A DNA stretch of 63,894 nucleotides, filler included, from Perkinsus olseni (taxonomy: Eukaryota): NCBI GenBank assembly GCA_013115125.1. It is 10 parts of 10 records of this genome, joined end to end, with 100 filler letters (N's around TTAATTAATTAA, not from the genome) between each part and the next. Parts side by side here need not be neighbours in the genome. Positions count along the whole stretch, not along the records: positions 8,807 to 40,800 come from JABANN010000406.1; positions 40,901 to 63,894 come from JABANN010000526.1; 8 more parts are not named here. The stretch is one strand, 5' to 3'. Below the pieces are notes generated by a model. That model was not told the DNA's origin. It was given only the letters and a program-made list of their open reading frames with translations, and searched no databases. This document shows, one piece after another, positions 35,411 through 49,600 of the stretch. The stretch's first letter is position 1. Each line of letters opens with the position of its first letter. Position numbers and translations under genes: made by a program.

Positions 35411-38400
35411 ATGTTATTGCGGCCGTTGAGGAGAGCTGGTCGTAGATGCTTCGGCAGCAGCTCGTCCACGATGTACACGAACATGCAAGACACCACCGGA
35501 GGGTTCATGACCAGCAGGAGGCGGCAGAAGGTTGCCGAGGAGATCGTCAAGGAGAGGGACAATCGAAGGTTGAAGGGATTGCCGGTGAGATTTCGGTCGT
35601 GTCGCGTATAGCGAAGAAGCGAAACGCTGATTGTAGAGTGAATATTGGTGGGACGACGTGAAGAAGACAATTCCGGTTGTCCGCGTACTCTGGGGTGCAT
35701 GGTTCAGGCACGCGAGTCCCTGGAAGGACGTGTCTCGCGTGAGAGAATGAATCATTCTGAATGATAGAGATAAGAGATCGTTGTGGGTTTGCATCATTTT
35801 GAAAGTGCTTCACCCCGTATAGCCATCGTAGGAGAACAGTTTCCAACGATTTTGGACAGTTTCCGCATTTCTTTATACTCGAGAAATTCCATCTCGCCGG
35901 AATGTTGGGGTATCCCTGGCTGAGGCTCCTTCCGGTATTCTGGTATCCGGTCTGAGAGGACCCAGACCTCTTTCGCCTGAGCAAAGAGACAATTTCTCCT
36001 GCCCGAGATGCTTCTCCAGGAGAAAGCCTCGAGACACACAGAGGGGTTTTTTCGCGAGCTCTTCTCAATTTGTCCTTGAGTTGTCTGCTAGCGTCCGTCC
36101 CAGAGCTCACCCGCTAGCCGCCGAGTCGACTCTGTCAGGTACGAGATTTCGGGTCAATGAATCCTAGTGATCTCTGCGGAGCCTTCTCAGCAGCGGCTCG
36201 AAATAAAGTTGTCGACCGCAAGATCTGGAAATCCCTCCAGAATCGAGCGCTGTTTCTGATGAATATCATGGCGCCGGCCAACGTGGCTGTGGTGATGAAC
36301 GCCTTAGCGCGGGTACAGCTGGAGAGCCTCAGCGGAGATCTCATCGCTGCTGTGACGGAGAAGGTCGCTGAGGAGAAGGAAACTTTCCAATGGAACGAAC
36401 TGGGCTTACTGGTGAACGCCTATGCCCGCCTGAAGCTGGGCGATGACCCTCTCTTTCGGGTCTGCAGCGAGATAGTTACGAGTTGGCGAGGAGATGGTAT
36501 GACCGAGAAGGATATCGCGCGGTTTGTTAACGCTTATGCTAAAATGGGGATACGGGATGAAAGGCTCTTCGCTGTCCTTGGAGGTGAGGGGGTGTCGCCA
36601 GGACGGGTGAGGGGGAGTGTCCCCTCAGAGCGTATCTTGCGGTGCGAGTCGACCTTTACTGAGCTGTCAATATCCAACATAGCTCATGGATACGCCAAGA
36701 TAGACATCAGAGATCTCGACGTGTACTAGGAGGGTTCATCGAGGGAGAGGGGGACTGTTGGACGACAGGTTCCGAGTGATCGGGCGGGAACTGGATGGTC
36801 GGTTGTTGGGCGAAGGGATGAAGTCGCAGCATGTTGCCAATATTTTGCACGCGTACGCAAAGCTGCAGATCTGGGACGCTCCTGTTATTTGGGATAGGCT
36901 GGTTAAACGGCTGTTGCCGAAGATGGTGAGTATCTTAGGTTGAAGCGGGGTAGATACGGAAGAGGTTAGGTGGGAGAACTGCTTGTTTCAGCTTGCGGCT
37001 CATGAGTTTAGCCCGTTGGAAGTATCAGCCGTAGCTGGGGCGTTGAGGTAGGTGGTCGCGGGTTCGATCCCTGGTGAGGGGATTTCTCTTGTTCAGCAAA
37101 GCAGTCGCAGCGCCGGTGAACAGCTCCTCAGAGTCTCAAATTGACTGCCGTACGATCCTTCCGCCGATGGCCGCCACCGCCCTCGTCAATCTAAAGAACT
37201 ACCAGCCACATGAGATCGCTAATGTAGGAAACGGCGTTAAAAACACCCCTACTGGGAATCGATCCGGGGACCTCTCTCTTCAACCGTGAAATCACAGTCG
37301 GCATCGTCAATGATATGAGCAACTCAGTAGTGGGCTCCTGAGTTTGCTGCTGAGGACGAGGGTGAACGGTAGGCCGTAGAGGACTTCTAGCCTGCCCATA
37401 GCCCTGAGCGAGGCCGAGCCTCTCCCGGGAAAATAATAGTACTCGACTATCATTACCATTGGGGGGAGATGGATGAGTTAACCATCACTCCGCGAACATG
37501 CGCCTGCCGTCAAAATCTGCGGCGTGTAACGCCAGTGGACCATTACTGATATTAATAACGTACTACGTGTTGCAGTAATTCTATTACTAACGTATTAGTA
37601 ACGTACAGATACACGTACGGGGTTAACCTTAATGACGTACGTATGCAATGTGGACAATCCGCAATGGTAGATCACTCAAGCCTAGCACTAGCGTCGCCAC
37701 AACAGCATGATTTTAGTATTACGGGCTCTCATTTCGATCATCGCTCGAGGAAGAGGTGATTCCGGCAGGGTGCAGGCGGATGATGGTGCTTTTGAACAGG
37801 TCCTGCACGCCCTCTCCACCATTCATCAGCACACTACTACCCCCTACTGCCACTCGGAAAGTGAACTCTGGTCGGAGGCGATACCGGAGATGATAATCGA
37901 TCGAAGTTCGGCCTTCCAGTCGCAAAGCCTGTCCATGGTGACTCGATCAGAATCTTTGCTGTGCGCGAAGGTATCTTCCAAGATACTCTGTGCATTTGGT
38001 CGGGTTGGACGAGCTATTCCTCGACGATCTTTGACTATTATCGAAGAGAGGCTGATGAAGGCCATGGGGGACAGTGAGAGTGATAATGATACTCCGGTGA
38101 GTCTCAAGGGAGCTTCACTTCCGCTATGCACTTTACGTGTTTTTGGGGGTAATGATTATGGTGGCTCTTTGCGGAGGGGAAGAGTTAGTCAGAGCTGAGT
38201 GGAAGATATACGACGACGCGAAGATGGTGCTCTCCTGAGAGCCCGGGCGTAGCCGCGATGGCGATGGCATCTTCCGCTGGGAAACACCTTGGCCTGCCAT
38301 CTCAGAACTTGGTGAACCAACTGTACGCCCTTGGCCGTCTGGGGCTGTCGAACTCGCCTCTTGTTGGGGCAATCTGCGAGGCTATCGACAGAGGGCCCCC

Positions 38401-40535
38401 TCTGAAGGAGGAGGGCTTGATGGTTAACACCTACTATGCTCTGGCCAAGCTGCACGATGGGTCGGAAAATGGACCGCTGATGGTGAGAGGCTCGGCGGCT
38501 TTTGTGAGATCCCAGGGTCGACCTTAGATACTTCTCCGCCGTATCACCAATCAGTTCACTCTGAACGGCCAGAATTATCAATTTAGTCCTCAGCACATAG
38601 CCAATATCTTGCACGCATCTTGCGATCTTGCCAATTCCCTAACGCAGCCTTTCACGCACATCATAGCGGGTCGGATACCGGAGCATTGGGAGGCCTTCAC
38701 GCCACAGCTCTTCGGGTCGGCGCTCCTGTCCTGCGCAAAATTAAAGATACGCTCGAATGAGCTGTGGAAGGACCTTCGAGAGGTCAGTCGGAAAATGATG
38801 ATACACTCGGACTGCCGGTCGGACCGCGACATCGCCGTCGCCCTGGCTGCGACTGGTATGTCCGATCGTGAGTTCTGGGAGGTGGCAGTAGGCAAGCAAC
38901 GGTCGAGGATCAGAGAGCTTCCCTTGCCCGTCCTCACGACTTTCCTCTATTCGGCCACTTATGCTGGGTATGTTGATCTTGACTACATAGCTGACCTCAG
39001 CTCGGAGGTTATGCGGCGATCTCAGAATATTCCCTTCCAAGTGGTGGAGGGGATTGGTGGGCTGATGGGCAGCTCTGTCGGGGCAGAGAGGCTGAGCTCA
39101 GTGGCGCCCTGGGACGTGGTACCGGTCACGTTGAAGGAAACTACCTTGGCGAGCCCACTGGATGCGGCTGCAGTGGCGACTTACTTTGAAGCGTCTCCGA
39201 TGGGGGCCTCTGGGAATGCATTCGCCCATGTACTGAGACTGTTGCAGAGGGCAGCGCCCGAGCTGGGCAGGGAAGAGCTGTTGCTGGCCTTGGAATGCTG
39301 GGCTCGGGTGGAGGAAGAGGATCTGATGGAGCCTCTAGTGTATGCAATGGAGAAAATGATAATCGATCAGCCGATCGATTTGCTCACACTGGCGAAGTCG
39401 TCTAAATATCTGGGCCCAGGCCAGCGTCGTGGACTGTCTCGAGCGACCGCAACCGCCCTCGAGGACCTCGGAGGGCTCCCACCTACGGCCGTCATCGCGT
39501 GCTCGGCTATCCTGTTGCCTCAAGTTGATCTCTCCTGCCGTGCAAGGATCTTCGAGAGCCTCCCGAGCGCTCTCGTCGGCAATGATATCCCCATCGGGCC
39601 CGTCCTGCGGCTGTGTCGATCTGTCTGTGATTTGCAGCCGGCCGTGGGCAACTCAGTGGCGGGGGCAGCGGAGTTGGGCCGAACATTGCGCAGTAGAATG
39701 GTTGGCAATACCACACCATCCGCTATTCTTAGTGCTGCCATGATACTTACCGGAGAGATCGGGGCTGAACGGGGAAGCTGTGCATTGGAGTTTGGTGATG
39801 TTGCCGATGTATGTCGGCTGTTGGAGGCTTGCAACGAGCTGGCGAGGGTGAGCACTGATGGGCTCGTCCGGAGGTAGGCCGGAATGGCTGTCAGCTGACT
39901 TGTGCTTACTCGAAAGTGCTGTTTTGAAACACCTTTCACTGTCATCAGCCATTTTAACTTTCCTCAGTTGCGTGTCCTATGCTCCATCCACAGGGTCAGT
40001 GATCGTAGCTGGAGTAAGAACCTCAGTGGATCCCTTCGCCAGGCCTGGGCCCTTCAGGACTTCACTCTGGCCAGTCGATATCTCCGAGCTGCAGGAGAGG
40101 CGTTGTCAAGATCGGCCAGCGTAGTGGATACGACCATCGACCTCACGGTGCTTCAGGAGGTAGGAAGATTCCTCGTCGCTCTCCGGCTCAGCTCGGGTTG
40201 GCTCAGGTGATGGTCCGGAAGTCCCCGCCATTGCACTGTTGCGTCAGCGCCCTGCTTTTCTGCGTTGCGAGGCTTGAGACGGTCGACCGGTTTGACGGAG
40301 GCGACTATGATACACTGGTCGGCATCAGTCTCGGGCCGTCCCTGTCTAGCGTTGGTCCTTCAGACTAGTGCAATCGCGGAGCTGCTCGATCGCTTGTCGC
40401 GGTACAAAGGTCAGCTCTCGTCGGAAACAGATGCGAAGATACTCAAGCGGTGTGTTGAGGCATTGAAGGTTGAACACAGGGAGTGGTAGGCCCATCGGCT
40501 GCTACAAGAATCGATCGCCCCCTGCCAGGTATGAG
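35411..40535 (+). CDS. Helical-repeat (HPR/OPR-like) RNA-binding protein with mitochondrial-type presequence, multi-exon
   Basis: MLLRPLRRAGRRCFGSS start; ~37-38-aa repeats (ELGLLVNAYARL, DIARFVNAYAKM, SISNIAHGYAKI, HVANILHAYAKL, NLVNQLYALGRL, GLMVNTYYALAKL). 3' end approximate. Confidence 0.75.
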
Positions 40536-40697
40536 GAAACGATACCGGTGTCTGTGCGGGCAGGGTTGGACACTATAAGACTGATAGTCCAAGTTTGATG
40601 TGTCAGTTGGCTCGATCAGGGCTCTTCAGTGTGGGTGAATTAATGGGCATACTCTAGCCGTTTCAGCAACCGTTTCCGTTGCAATAGTAGTGACTTT

Positions 40698-40772
40698 AGT
40701 TGGTGAAGTTTTGGTATGTACGAGTTGGTGAAGTTTTGGTATGTACGAGTTGGTGGAGTGTTGGTATGTACC
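40698..40772. repeat. 25-bp tandem repeat x3
   Basis: AGTTGGTGAAGTTTTGGTATGTACG units. Confidence 0.85.
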
Positions 40773-40900
40773 GATGTCAGAGAAGTGTAAACTGGGCAAC
40801 NNNNNNNNNNNNNNNNNNNNNNNNNNNNNNNNNNNNNNNNNNNNTTAATTAATTAANNNNNNNNNNNNNNNNNNNNNNNNNNNNNNNNNNNNNNNNNNNN

Positions 40901-40970
<70 letters not shown>

Positions 40971-40971
40971 G
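40901..40971. repeat. (TGT)n microsatellite at contig start
   Basis: Direct reading. Confidence 0.95.
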
Positions 40972-41536
40972 ACGTCGACGAGGGGCTCCTCCGATATTCA
41001 TGCCGCCACCTCTACGGCTGGAATCCATCTGGGGCGGCTGTTGGTCGATGCCGCCCTGATCGCCCATCTTCCTGCGCCTTCTACCACCCCTCCTCGCCGA
41101 CCTAAGATACTACGTTCTCGGGAAGAAGGAGAAATGTGGTATTACACTGGCAGTATCGATGATAATGAGAGTATCAGTAGTAGTGATAATAGTAATGATG
41201 GACTATGCATCATTATACCGTTACAGTAGAGTCACCGCAGATACACGGTTGAGTTGGGATAACAGCACTAAAAACAACAACGACCTCGGCCACTGGGCTG
41301 AGAATCAGGAGCATCAGTCCTTCATGCATCTGTATGTCCGTCCCACGCTCGCTCCTGGGGTGGGGGAAGCCTTACACAAGCCCACCTCTGCCGTTGGCGT
41401 CCCGTCTCCCTCTACTTCCGGTAACAGGGCGAGCGCTTTTCGCCTAAAATACACGTACGATGAGGAGCGTGACGTGATGGTGATGCTGTGACAGGCCTCT
41501 CCCTTTTTTCGGTCCTCCACCTGTGTAAGGCCAGTA

Positions 41537-43438
41537 TGTCGTCGTCATTGCCTCCATTGAGCGTTATTGATAATAATAAAAAGAAGTTGGCCAGACGACA
41601 GGTGGTAGCATCATTATCGTTGTCATTGTCATTATTATCATTATCAGTCCACTGCCTCTACCATCGGAATGGGAGGGATGGAGGTTGACGTTGATGCTGT
41701 TGACAGAGCTGGCCAGGCTGGGGCACATGGCTCTGTTTACACCAGATACCTCAGTCAATTTTACAAGACAAAACTATGCAAGTGAGGGCCCATCTGGAAT
41801 GCACCATTGTTGGTAGCCATTGGGTTATGTTCCTCAGATACCATCTCGACGGTTATTGCAACCGTGGTGATAACTGTACGCATGCTCACAGTAAGCAGCT
41901 ACCCTTGTCCTTGCCAATCCTGTGGACCTGCCGTCACAGGCGTATCGGAGTTGGAGTGCCAGCCCGATCTGTCGAAGGCCCGCATGTGCCGTACCCTCCT
42001 CCAGAAGGGTCACTGCGATGTTACTAACTGCGCTTATGCTCATGACCTGGAGACAGTAAGAGGCTCCCTGTTGGCGCTGATGATGATGATGATCTCACCT
42101 TCCAGGTCAAATCTTCTAATGCATTTTTTCGCACTAAGATGTGCGATTTCGCCAAGCGTGGCTTCTGCAAGCTTGGCACTAAGTGGGTTGTTCGGCGGAC
42201 GTGCAAGGGTCGTAGATGGTGGAGTTTAGGTGCCGATACGCCCACTCTGAGGAGGAGATCATCAGGGACGTCGACCCACCAACACCGACATCTAGGTCGG
42301 ATGAACCTCATCCCCCTAACCCCCCGACTCCGCCTTCTGATAATGTTGATGATACGGTGTTAGTGGAGGTTGCAGCAGCAGTAACGGGTGACAATGGAAG
42401 TTGGGAAGAGAAGAAGCTCACTGCTATACATGGGCGTCGGCGCAGGTAGCCTGTTAGAGTATATCGCTGTGTCACAAGTCCAATCGCCAGGCGTGGTAAG
42501 ATTGGTAAATCCCATACCGCACCATCCCTGGAACACATCGCCGACCCCGATATTAAGGCCGATGATGACGGTAAGCCTGGCGGTAGTAGTGGTGGTGGTA
42601 TTTGCTCTACGTGCAGATACTCCTATCAAACCTACCGACGTTGAAAAGGCCACGGTGGTGTTTGAGCGTCCTCCCCCTGTTTATACGGGTCGTACCTTTA
42701 CAACGACCCCTACTGCTGCCTCATCACCCGAGGCGCCACTGGATCGGAACGCTGTTCTTTTCAAGGTAACACTGAGCGGATGCTACATTATAGTCAAATG
42801 TTGGTGTAATGGCTTCAGTCCACCCCTCTACCCCATAACGGGCCATCACCATTGTCCGCAAAGGAATCGCCTGCTCCGGGAAGCGCTGTTGATCCCCCTT
42901 CGTCTCGTATGTATTATTACTACCCCTCCCCTCTACCGGGGTTTACCGGTCCGGGAGGTCCTTTTTCCAATACAACTCCTTACGCTCCTATGCCACCCCT
43001 ACCACCCAACGTGGTGACCATGAAAGGCAATAGTCCACCTAACAACAACGCTGACAATGGGCCATTAACTGCGGGGCCTCCTCGCCAACCACCCTGCGTA
43101 ATGTATATGATGCCTGTCGCTATGGTCCCCATGCAGAAGAGCAAAAGCTCGGGTGATTTCGCAAGCTTCTATCCTCGTGGTTCTGGTGCTGATCCGGGAA
43201 TCTACACCCCCGGAGTCAATACGCCATCGCCCCAACATTTTGACACTAGGATGGCATCGGTGCAGTGCAGTGGAGGAGGGAGCGCGCCGGTCCATGGTGA
43301 GTTGTCATGCTAGAGGTCGCGAGATCCAGTCCTCGTCGGTGCATTTTAGGTAACGGTTATAGTACGGGCGATGATAGGAATGAATGGAGGAACGATAATA
43401 ATATGTTTACTGGTGCTTACAGCCCAGCCCAATGGTAG
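41537..43438 (+). CDS. Tandem CCCH zinc-finger (tristetraprolin-like) RNA-binding protein, multi-exon
   Basis: FYKTKLC..C.RGDNCTHAHS; PDLSKARMC..C..TNCAYAH; FRTKMC..CKLGTKCRYAHS; Pro-rich tail. Start and stop approximate. Confidence 0.8.
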
Positions 43439-43689
43439 ATCGAGACGACAGAGTTGATGATGATGATCGCAGGTGGTATCATTATTATTATTTTCTCATG
43501 ATCATCATCATACTTCGATTGTTTGTCATTGCCATGTAGGCCTAGTTGTTTGACAGTTTTTCTACCTAGCTATTGAACCAATAATAGTATTCCTATCGCC
43601 GAGCTGCCAGGAGCAGTGGAGGAAACTTTTGTGTTCGGCATTTACGCTGGACGTTTCATCTCACCAAACCACTCGGTGATAGTTCAATC

Positions 43690-46600
43690 ATGTCGTTGTC
43701 AGAATACAGATATAGTTCTTTCCAGTGTATATCTATACCATCCCTTTCTCTTCTCGTAAGGCCTGGAAGTAGCTGCTGGAGCTCTATGTGATGATGATGA
43801 TGCTGCTGCTGCAACCACTGTCGTTGAGAATGGGTCATTCTAGGCTAATGCCAGTAATGTCAGTACTCGAGATCAACTCTCCTCTTACTGCATACTTTCC
43901 TGCCTTCCTCTCGATTCTCATCATCACCATCATTGTCGAGTTGTGGTGGAGTGCTGTCAATACGGACGACGCTAGCTGCCGCCCTTCTAAATGGCTCAGC
44001 ATGGTGGTGGAGGCGATCGCAAGATCCAGCACAAACTGGATGATATCAAAACTCGACTCTGGGCACCACTGGTGCCCATCGGCAGGGAAGCAGTGGTTGC
44101 AGCCCAGGTAGTAGTCACTGACAATACATTGTCTCTCTGAACATCATTATGTGTCCAAGCTCGACTCTGGCACTTGGCATTTTTTCAGAACTTGGCAAAG
44201 AAGCATCCCTCTGATCGAGAAGCTGTTCTAAACCTGTTGGTAGCAGCTGCCACTGCCGAGACCTCCACTCGACGTGCAGAAGATGCTAACTTGACCGCTG
44301 GACTGGATGGTCGACCGGTAGGCAGCTCGTTGGGGATCATTGCCTTCGGTTTGTCTTCCCTCCGCGGTCATTCGTCAATGTTTCGCTTCTTCACCGGAGT
44401 GCTCAGTAGGTAGGGGAGGTGATCGGCAAACACAAGGTTGATGAGTCGCCCTCGTCGCCAGTCTGCACCTCACCACACAGAGCCGTTAGAGGCTTCATTA
44501 TCGACATGCTGGTGGCATCAATGATGACGGATGATGACGCTGTATTTGGGCAAACGGAGATAATGTCCAAGCTGAGATCGGCAGCGGCTTCTGAGGGCTT
44601 GGAAGGGATTGATGATGTTCCTTGGTGGTTGTCCTTGTATGTAATAAAACTGTGGTAGAATATGCCAGTATCACAACCAGCGTGGTGCAGGTCCATGACC
44701 TCGGATCAGCTCGGCGGATGAACTCTGAGCGAAAGATGATTTTCGAGTCGGAAATCAGTGAGCTAGTTGCCCGTCATCCTTGCCGCAGTCTCTGTAGACC
44801 TGTTATCACCGAAGTCCTCTCAGGTAGTAGTGGGGCAGGGCAGTAGAGGAGGCGTCCCTGATTGCACTCCGTAACGTATCATTCATCATTCTCATGAACT
44901 CAGACATCTCGCCCGTTGACGTCGGTTTGAGGCCGGCAATAAGGCGATGTCTCACCGTTCTACCCATCGACACCTTACGAGTGCTATTATCATATTCGAC
45001 AGATGGACGGGACTACTGGCTCATACAGGACATCATCTCCACAGTTGTGCAAGGTGAGTGCTGCTGCGAGTGGCGTGCTGACCACTGCTGGGAACCCTCT
45101 GCTGGCTATCATCTCTAGTACACGGATGACGCATGATGGGATAGCGTCGGCTGCGTACGACAGGCGTGAGGGGTCTTCGATGCGGAACGTGGTTCATATT
45201 ACGTCGTGGGTATACTCTTCTGCTTGTTATTCTCAGTGCCCCTTACCGACTACCACACCTTCGCCGACATCATCTCCATCATCATATCTGCTGTCGGCAT
45301 CCCTGTGGACCAGGCACTGATGTTGGTCCTCGAGAGGTTACTGCGTATAGTGTCCAGTAGTGGTACTCGTTATGACGACGCCCAAGTCCCTGGGCTTATA
45401 CGGATACTCGCCAATATACGGCAGAACGGCGGAGCGGTGAGGATGGCATCAACGCCTCAATACTGTCATCGTCATCATTCAGAATGTAATGGCGGAGACG
45501 TCGTTGGTACTGGAAGTGGTAGTTGCCATTTGTCTGTGGGAGATGGGCGATGACCTGTCCTGCCATACAGCAGAGGTAGCTAATGCTGTGCATTCCGTAT
45601 GTGCTTGGATCACCGCCCAACCCACCCATCGATCACTACCTGCGATGTCTAGCAGTCTGGTAGATGAATTTGGTGGATTATCCTAGGGCTATCGTTTACG
45701 TCGTTCTGGTTAGATGTTGATCGAGTGTTGCCCGGTGGTCTACTTGGATGACCCACCTCGGGACCTCCTCGTAGCCGCTGTCATGGCCCTACAAGACGAT
45801 CGACTCTCAACTGGGTAGGCTTGCCCGCTCTCCTCTCCTCGTGCTTACCATCACGCCCCCTCAGTCTCGATAAGAAGTTATCATCACAGGCCAGAGAGGT
45901 GGCATCAGTACAGCAGCGGGAGCAGCATGATGACCATGGGTTGGACGTCGGGTGTCTGCCACTAGCTACCATGTGGTTGGAGTGGTCTAAGGCAACCATG
46001 CATGCCAACATCACCAATGAGGACATGCCACCGCTGGCCTTGGCTACAGTACTACTCCCCGATTATCTGTTATGGATACTCCCTCTCTTCACCGCGTCCC
46101 TTGACACCCAATCACTTGCTTTTCAGCTCCTCTATCGTCTGGCAAGTGCTCCCGAAGTGGTTGATGAGCACTTGGCTGTATGCCTGGTATCTGGTCGTGG
46201 GTTCTCACTTCGTTTGCTGCCACATCTAGCACGTCTCATACCAAAACTTTCACCCAAAGGCTCCGAGATGCTGGCCTATGCCTTGGCTGCTCATCTTGAG
46301 TCCCATAAGGAGATCTCCAAGCATGCTGCTGTTAAAGTAGGGTCCCCTTCGGCTCAGCGCTCTCCTCCATCCCTGCTTTGCTCAGCCTATGGTTTACCGA
46401 ACCATGACTACTCTCTTTCCCCTACCTCTAGCCGCCGCTGCTGTGGCCCGGCACTTGCTCAGAGTAACGCTACCTCGCTGTTGTGGTTGTCGTCTATTCA
46501 TACTCATCAGATCATACCGGACGTGTACATCGACAAGATGCTTGGTAAACTAGAACGTGATGATGCGTCAATGGAGGAGTCCTACTTGCAGCTCCTCGAG

Positions 46601-49600
46601 GCCTACACTGCCGAGTAGGGTCGACCGTGGCTGTCATCACGCTCATCATGCTGATTGTAGATACCCAGCAAGGGTTGCTGGCACCCATCTTGACCGTGTC
46701 CAGCAATTGTTGGCCCTCGAGAGGAGCGACCATGCTCGGTCGAGGGGGCTGCTGATGATACGACGACTGTGTATGGTGATGATGGCACCAGCATGATGAG
46801 CATAGTTGAGTGGTACTTAGGTGATGAGGAGTGCATGGATGCGGCCAAGACTTGGCAGGTGTTCAGGAGGAGACAGAAATATCTATTCAACATGGGTCAA
46901 TGCGGGAAGGAAAGCTATCATCAGGCATGCTCCATTACCATCATCAACCCTCAGTGGAGCTTCGACGTCCCTCTAGGTGCTGGAGCTGGCTGTGGATGTC
47001 CCTGGATGGTCTGGTGTAGAATTCATATGGGAGGATATTTATGAAGGCTCCTCCTCCTCCTCATTCAACCGTCATGCTTGGGATGCACTAGCTCGGGTGA
47101 GCGTTAGTACATCCTCACTTTCTTCGGTCCTCAGTGTTCCCCGGATGAGCTTTTGTTTGGCTTACTACCACGCCCGACTACTTGCAAAGCGAGAAGGCGG
47201 CGGGATTGCTTGTTTGACAAGACCCCGATTAGTTATCTACCACCCTCATCATCATCACTCGTATTCATACCTGATGTCTCGAACATCCATGCGCCTTTGA
47301 ACGACAATCTGATCAGATCGTGCCTCGCTTCCCGAGTGGGGGCTTCCCTGCATAAGATGGCGGCTGCCTGTGCGGTTCAGGTAGTGAGGAGTCGTGGTAA
47401 GCAGTTCATCATTGATGGGCCTCCTGACCAAGCAGGACCTCTTCTAGCAGCATTCACTCCAACCACGGTGGTGCAGCTTGCCAACGACGTGATAGATAAT
47501 CAGCTGCCTGAAGGGAAGGAAGATAGAGTACTAAATACCGTGCTCTCGCGAGATGGATCATGAGCGTCTCAGGCAGCACTGGCGTCCTGCTTGGCAGCTT
47601 TTGCTGATATTAATGTATCGGATATCGGCCGGAGCGCCTTCGTTGCTTCCTCAGCAGCAGCAGAGGGGACCACTTCCAATGATATCTCCCCCTTGGGAAG
47701 GCGCCTGCGTAATCGCTCCTCTGCATAGTGAGGGCTGCGGGTATCGCCTTTATCCTCAGATGGTTTCCTGAGGACGGCTTCGAGACGGTCACCACTAGCG
47801 CAGTTGGCGATATCGAAGGGTCCTGGTGGGGCAACCTTACCTGTATTGAGGCGGCTGTTGAGCACTGTGAGAGTGCTGCCATCTGGAGTCTTTGGAGGAG
47901 GGTGAGCAGCCCCTCATCCTAGGGTGTAATGGTAGAGGGTGGACTGTAGGTACATGCTTGCGATGAACTGGAAGAAGTTCATGAACAGGCTGGTCAAGAG
48001 CGGCGACGCTAAGCCGGTGGAGATCTTCGATACCCTCATGGACGCCTTGCCCACGGACCCAGTAGTTGATCGCTCTGCCGTGGGGACTTCGATCACGTTG
48101 ATTCTCAGGGGAACGCTCTCCTGGCTCTGTCGGCATTGGGCAGATGCCGTGCTATGCAGTTCTCGATGAAGGCTAGGGATGCCATAGAGGGAGTGTAACA
48201 ACGCAGCAGCTCCAGTGCGTGGATGGATATCGTTGCTAGGCTCTACACTAAGGCGGACATACTCGATTCGCTCCGGTCATTGGCAGTGATAGCCCTGGCA
48301 TTGCTACTTGGCTCCTTGCCCTACGCCCAGGCCACTGCCACTGCCGAGGTAGTCATCTTCAAGGCCAGAACGTCTGCCCATCATGACGGGCATCGGTTTG
48401 AGTTTTCAGGGTTTATTCGCCTCGTTGGACGGTTCGAGCTCGGCTGGTAGGGACAGTACCATCACTACAAGACTGTGGATGATGCCCTACTGGTGTTTAA
48501 TCAACCGTGATAAGGTCGAGGAAGTGATCAGGTGAGTGGAATCAAACGGCTCCTTCTCGTATATGCCTCTCCAGTCGGTTGATCGTCGGCTGCAAGGCTG
48601 ACCCCGCTACTGCTACTGCCTGTGGATACGGCTTAGCCTTGCTGGTCACTCTGCATTGGGGCCGCCCAGAGGTCCTGCAGTCTCTGGCTAGTCGTCTCAA
48701 GGACACCCCACCGACTTCTGCTGATCTATGCGCACGCGTGCTGTGTGGTCTAGACGTCGGCAGCCATTGTGAATTCAAGGGGGAGTTAGGGATGATCGCT
48801 GCTGGCCTTGCTGGGGTCCCGCCCGACAGGATCGATGGTAATATAGCGTTTAATATCTGGACATGGTGGTCCTTCGACGGCTGATCTTCAGGATACGGAA
48901 GATCTGATCCGGAGTTGAGGGTGCTATATTTGGGCGCGTTATATGGGTGCCCAGGAACGCTGCCTGCTATCTCTCAAGATAACTTCACTGCGCCACGAAA
49001 TTCGTCCAGCGATAATCCCCTCGCTGTAGTCGACAAATTGGAGAAATACGACAGTGAATGCACCATTGGAGTTGCGGTTCAACTGATGCATTCAGCCGAA
49101 TCGATCACCTGGGCGAGCGCTAACCGCAAGCGGCGTGAGATCAATAATTTGTCATACGTCAAGGAGGGAACTGCTCTTCAGCTCATAATGCAGGGTTCAC
49201 AGGCGGCAACTTCGTCACTGCGCCACGAAATTAGTTTAGCCGCGGCAGCGAGCCTAAGCGAGCCTCTCCCTCGCAAGTGTATGCGTATCTTGTTGGGAGG
49301 GGCGCAGCGACTGAGCCCAACCTCCGAGTTGAAGATACGTCTGTTGTCGTATTTCGGAGAGGTTGGCCTGTCGGAGCTGTTCAACCTGTACACTAGGGCC
49401 TCGTCCGTGCCAACAGAGACTCAGCTATGTTTGGTTCGATCGATCCCAAGCTTACCCATGGAAGCTATGGATGCGCCTATGTTATCGGCCATCATCTGTC
49501 TGGCCGAGGCTGCTGCCGGTAATGAGGAGATGTGCGCTGCCTTCCTCTCCGCAATGGTGACGATGCTTACCAAATGGAGGGGTTCTTCCGAGGACTCCAA

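Noticed and set aside
37303-37358. C/D snoRNA-like ATGAT...CTGA with short terminal stem
   Set aside because: Too short, C box imperfect and no recognisable guide.
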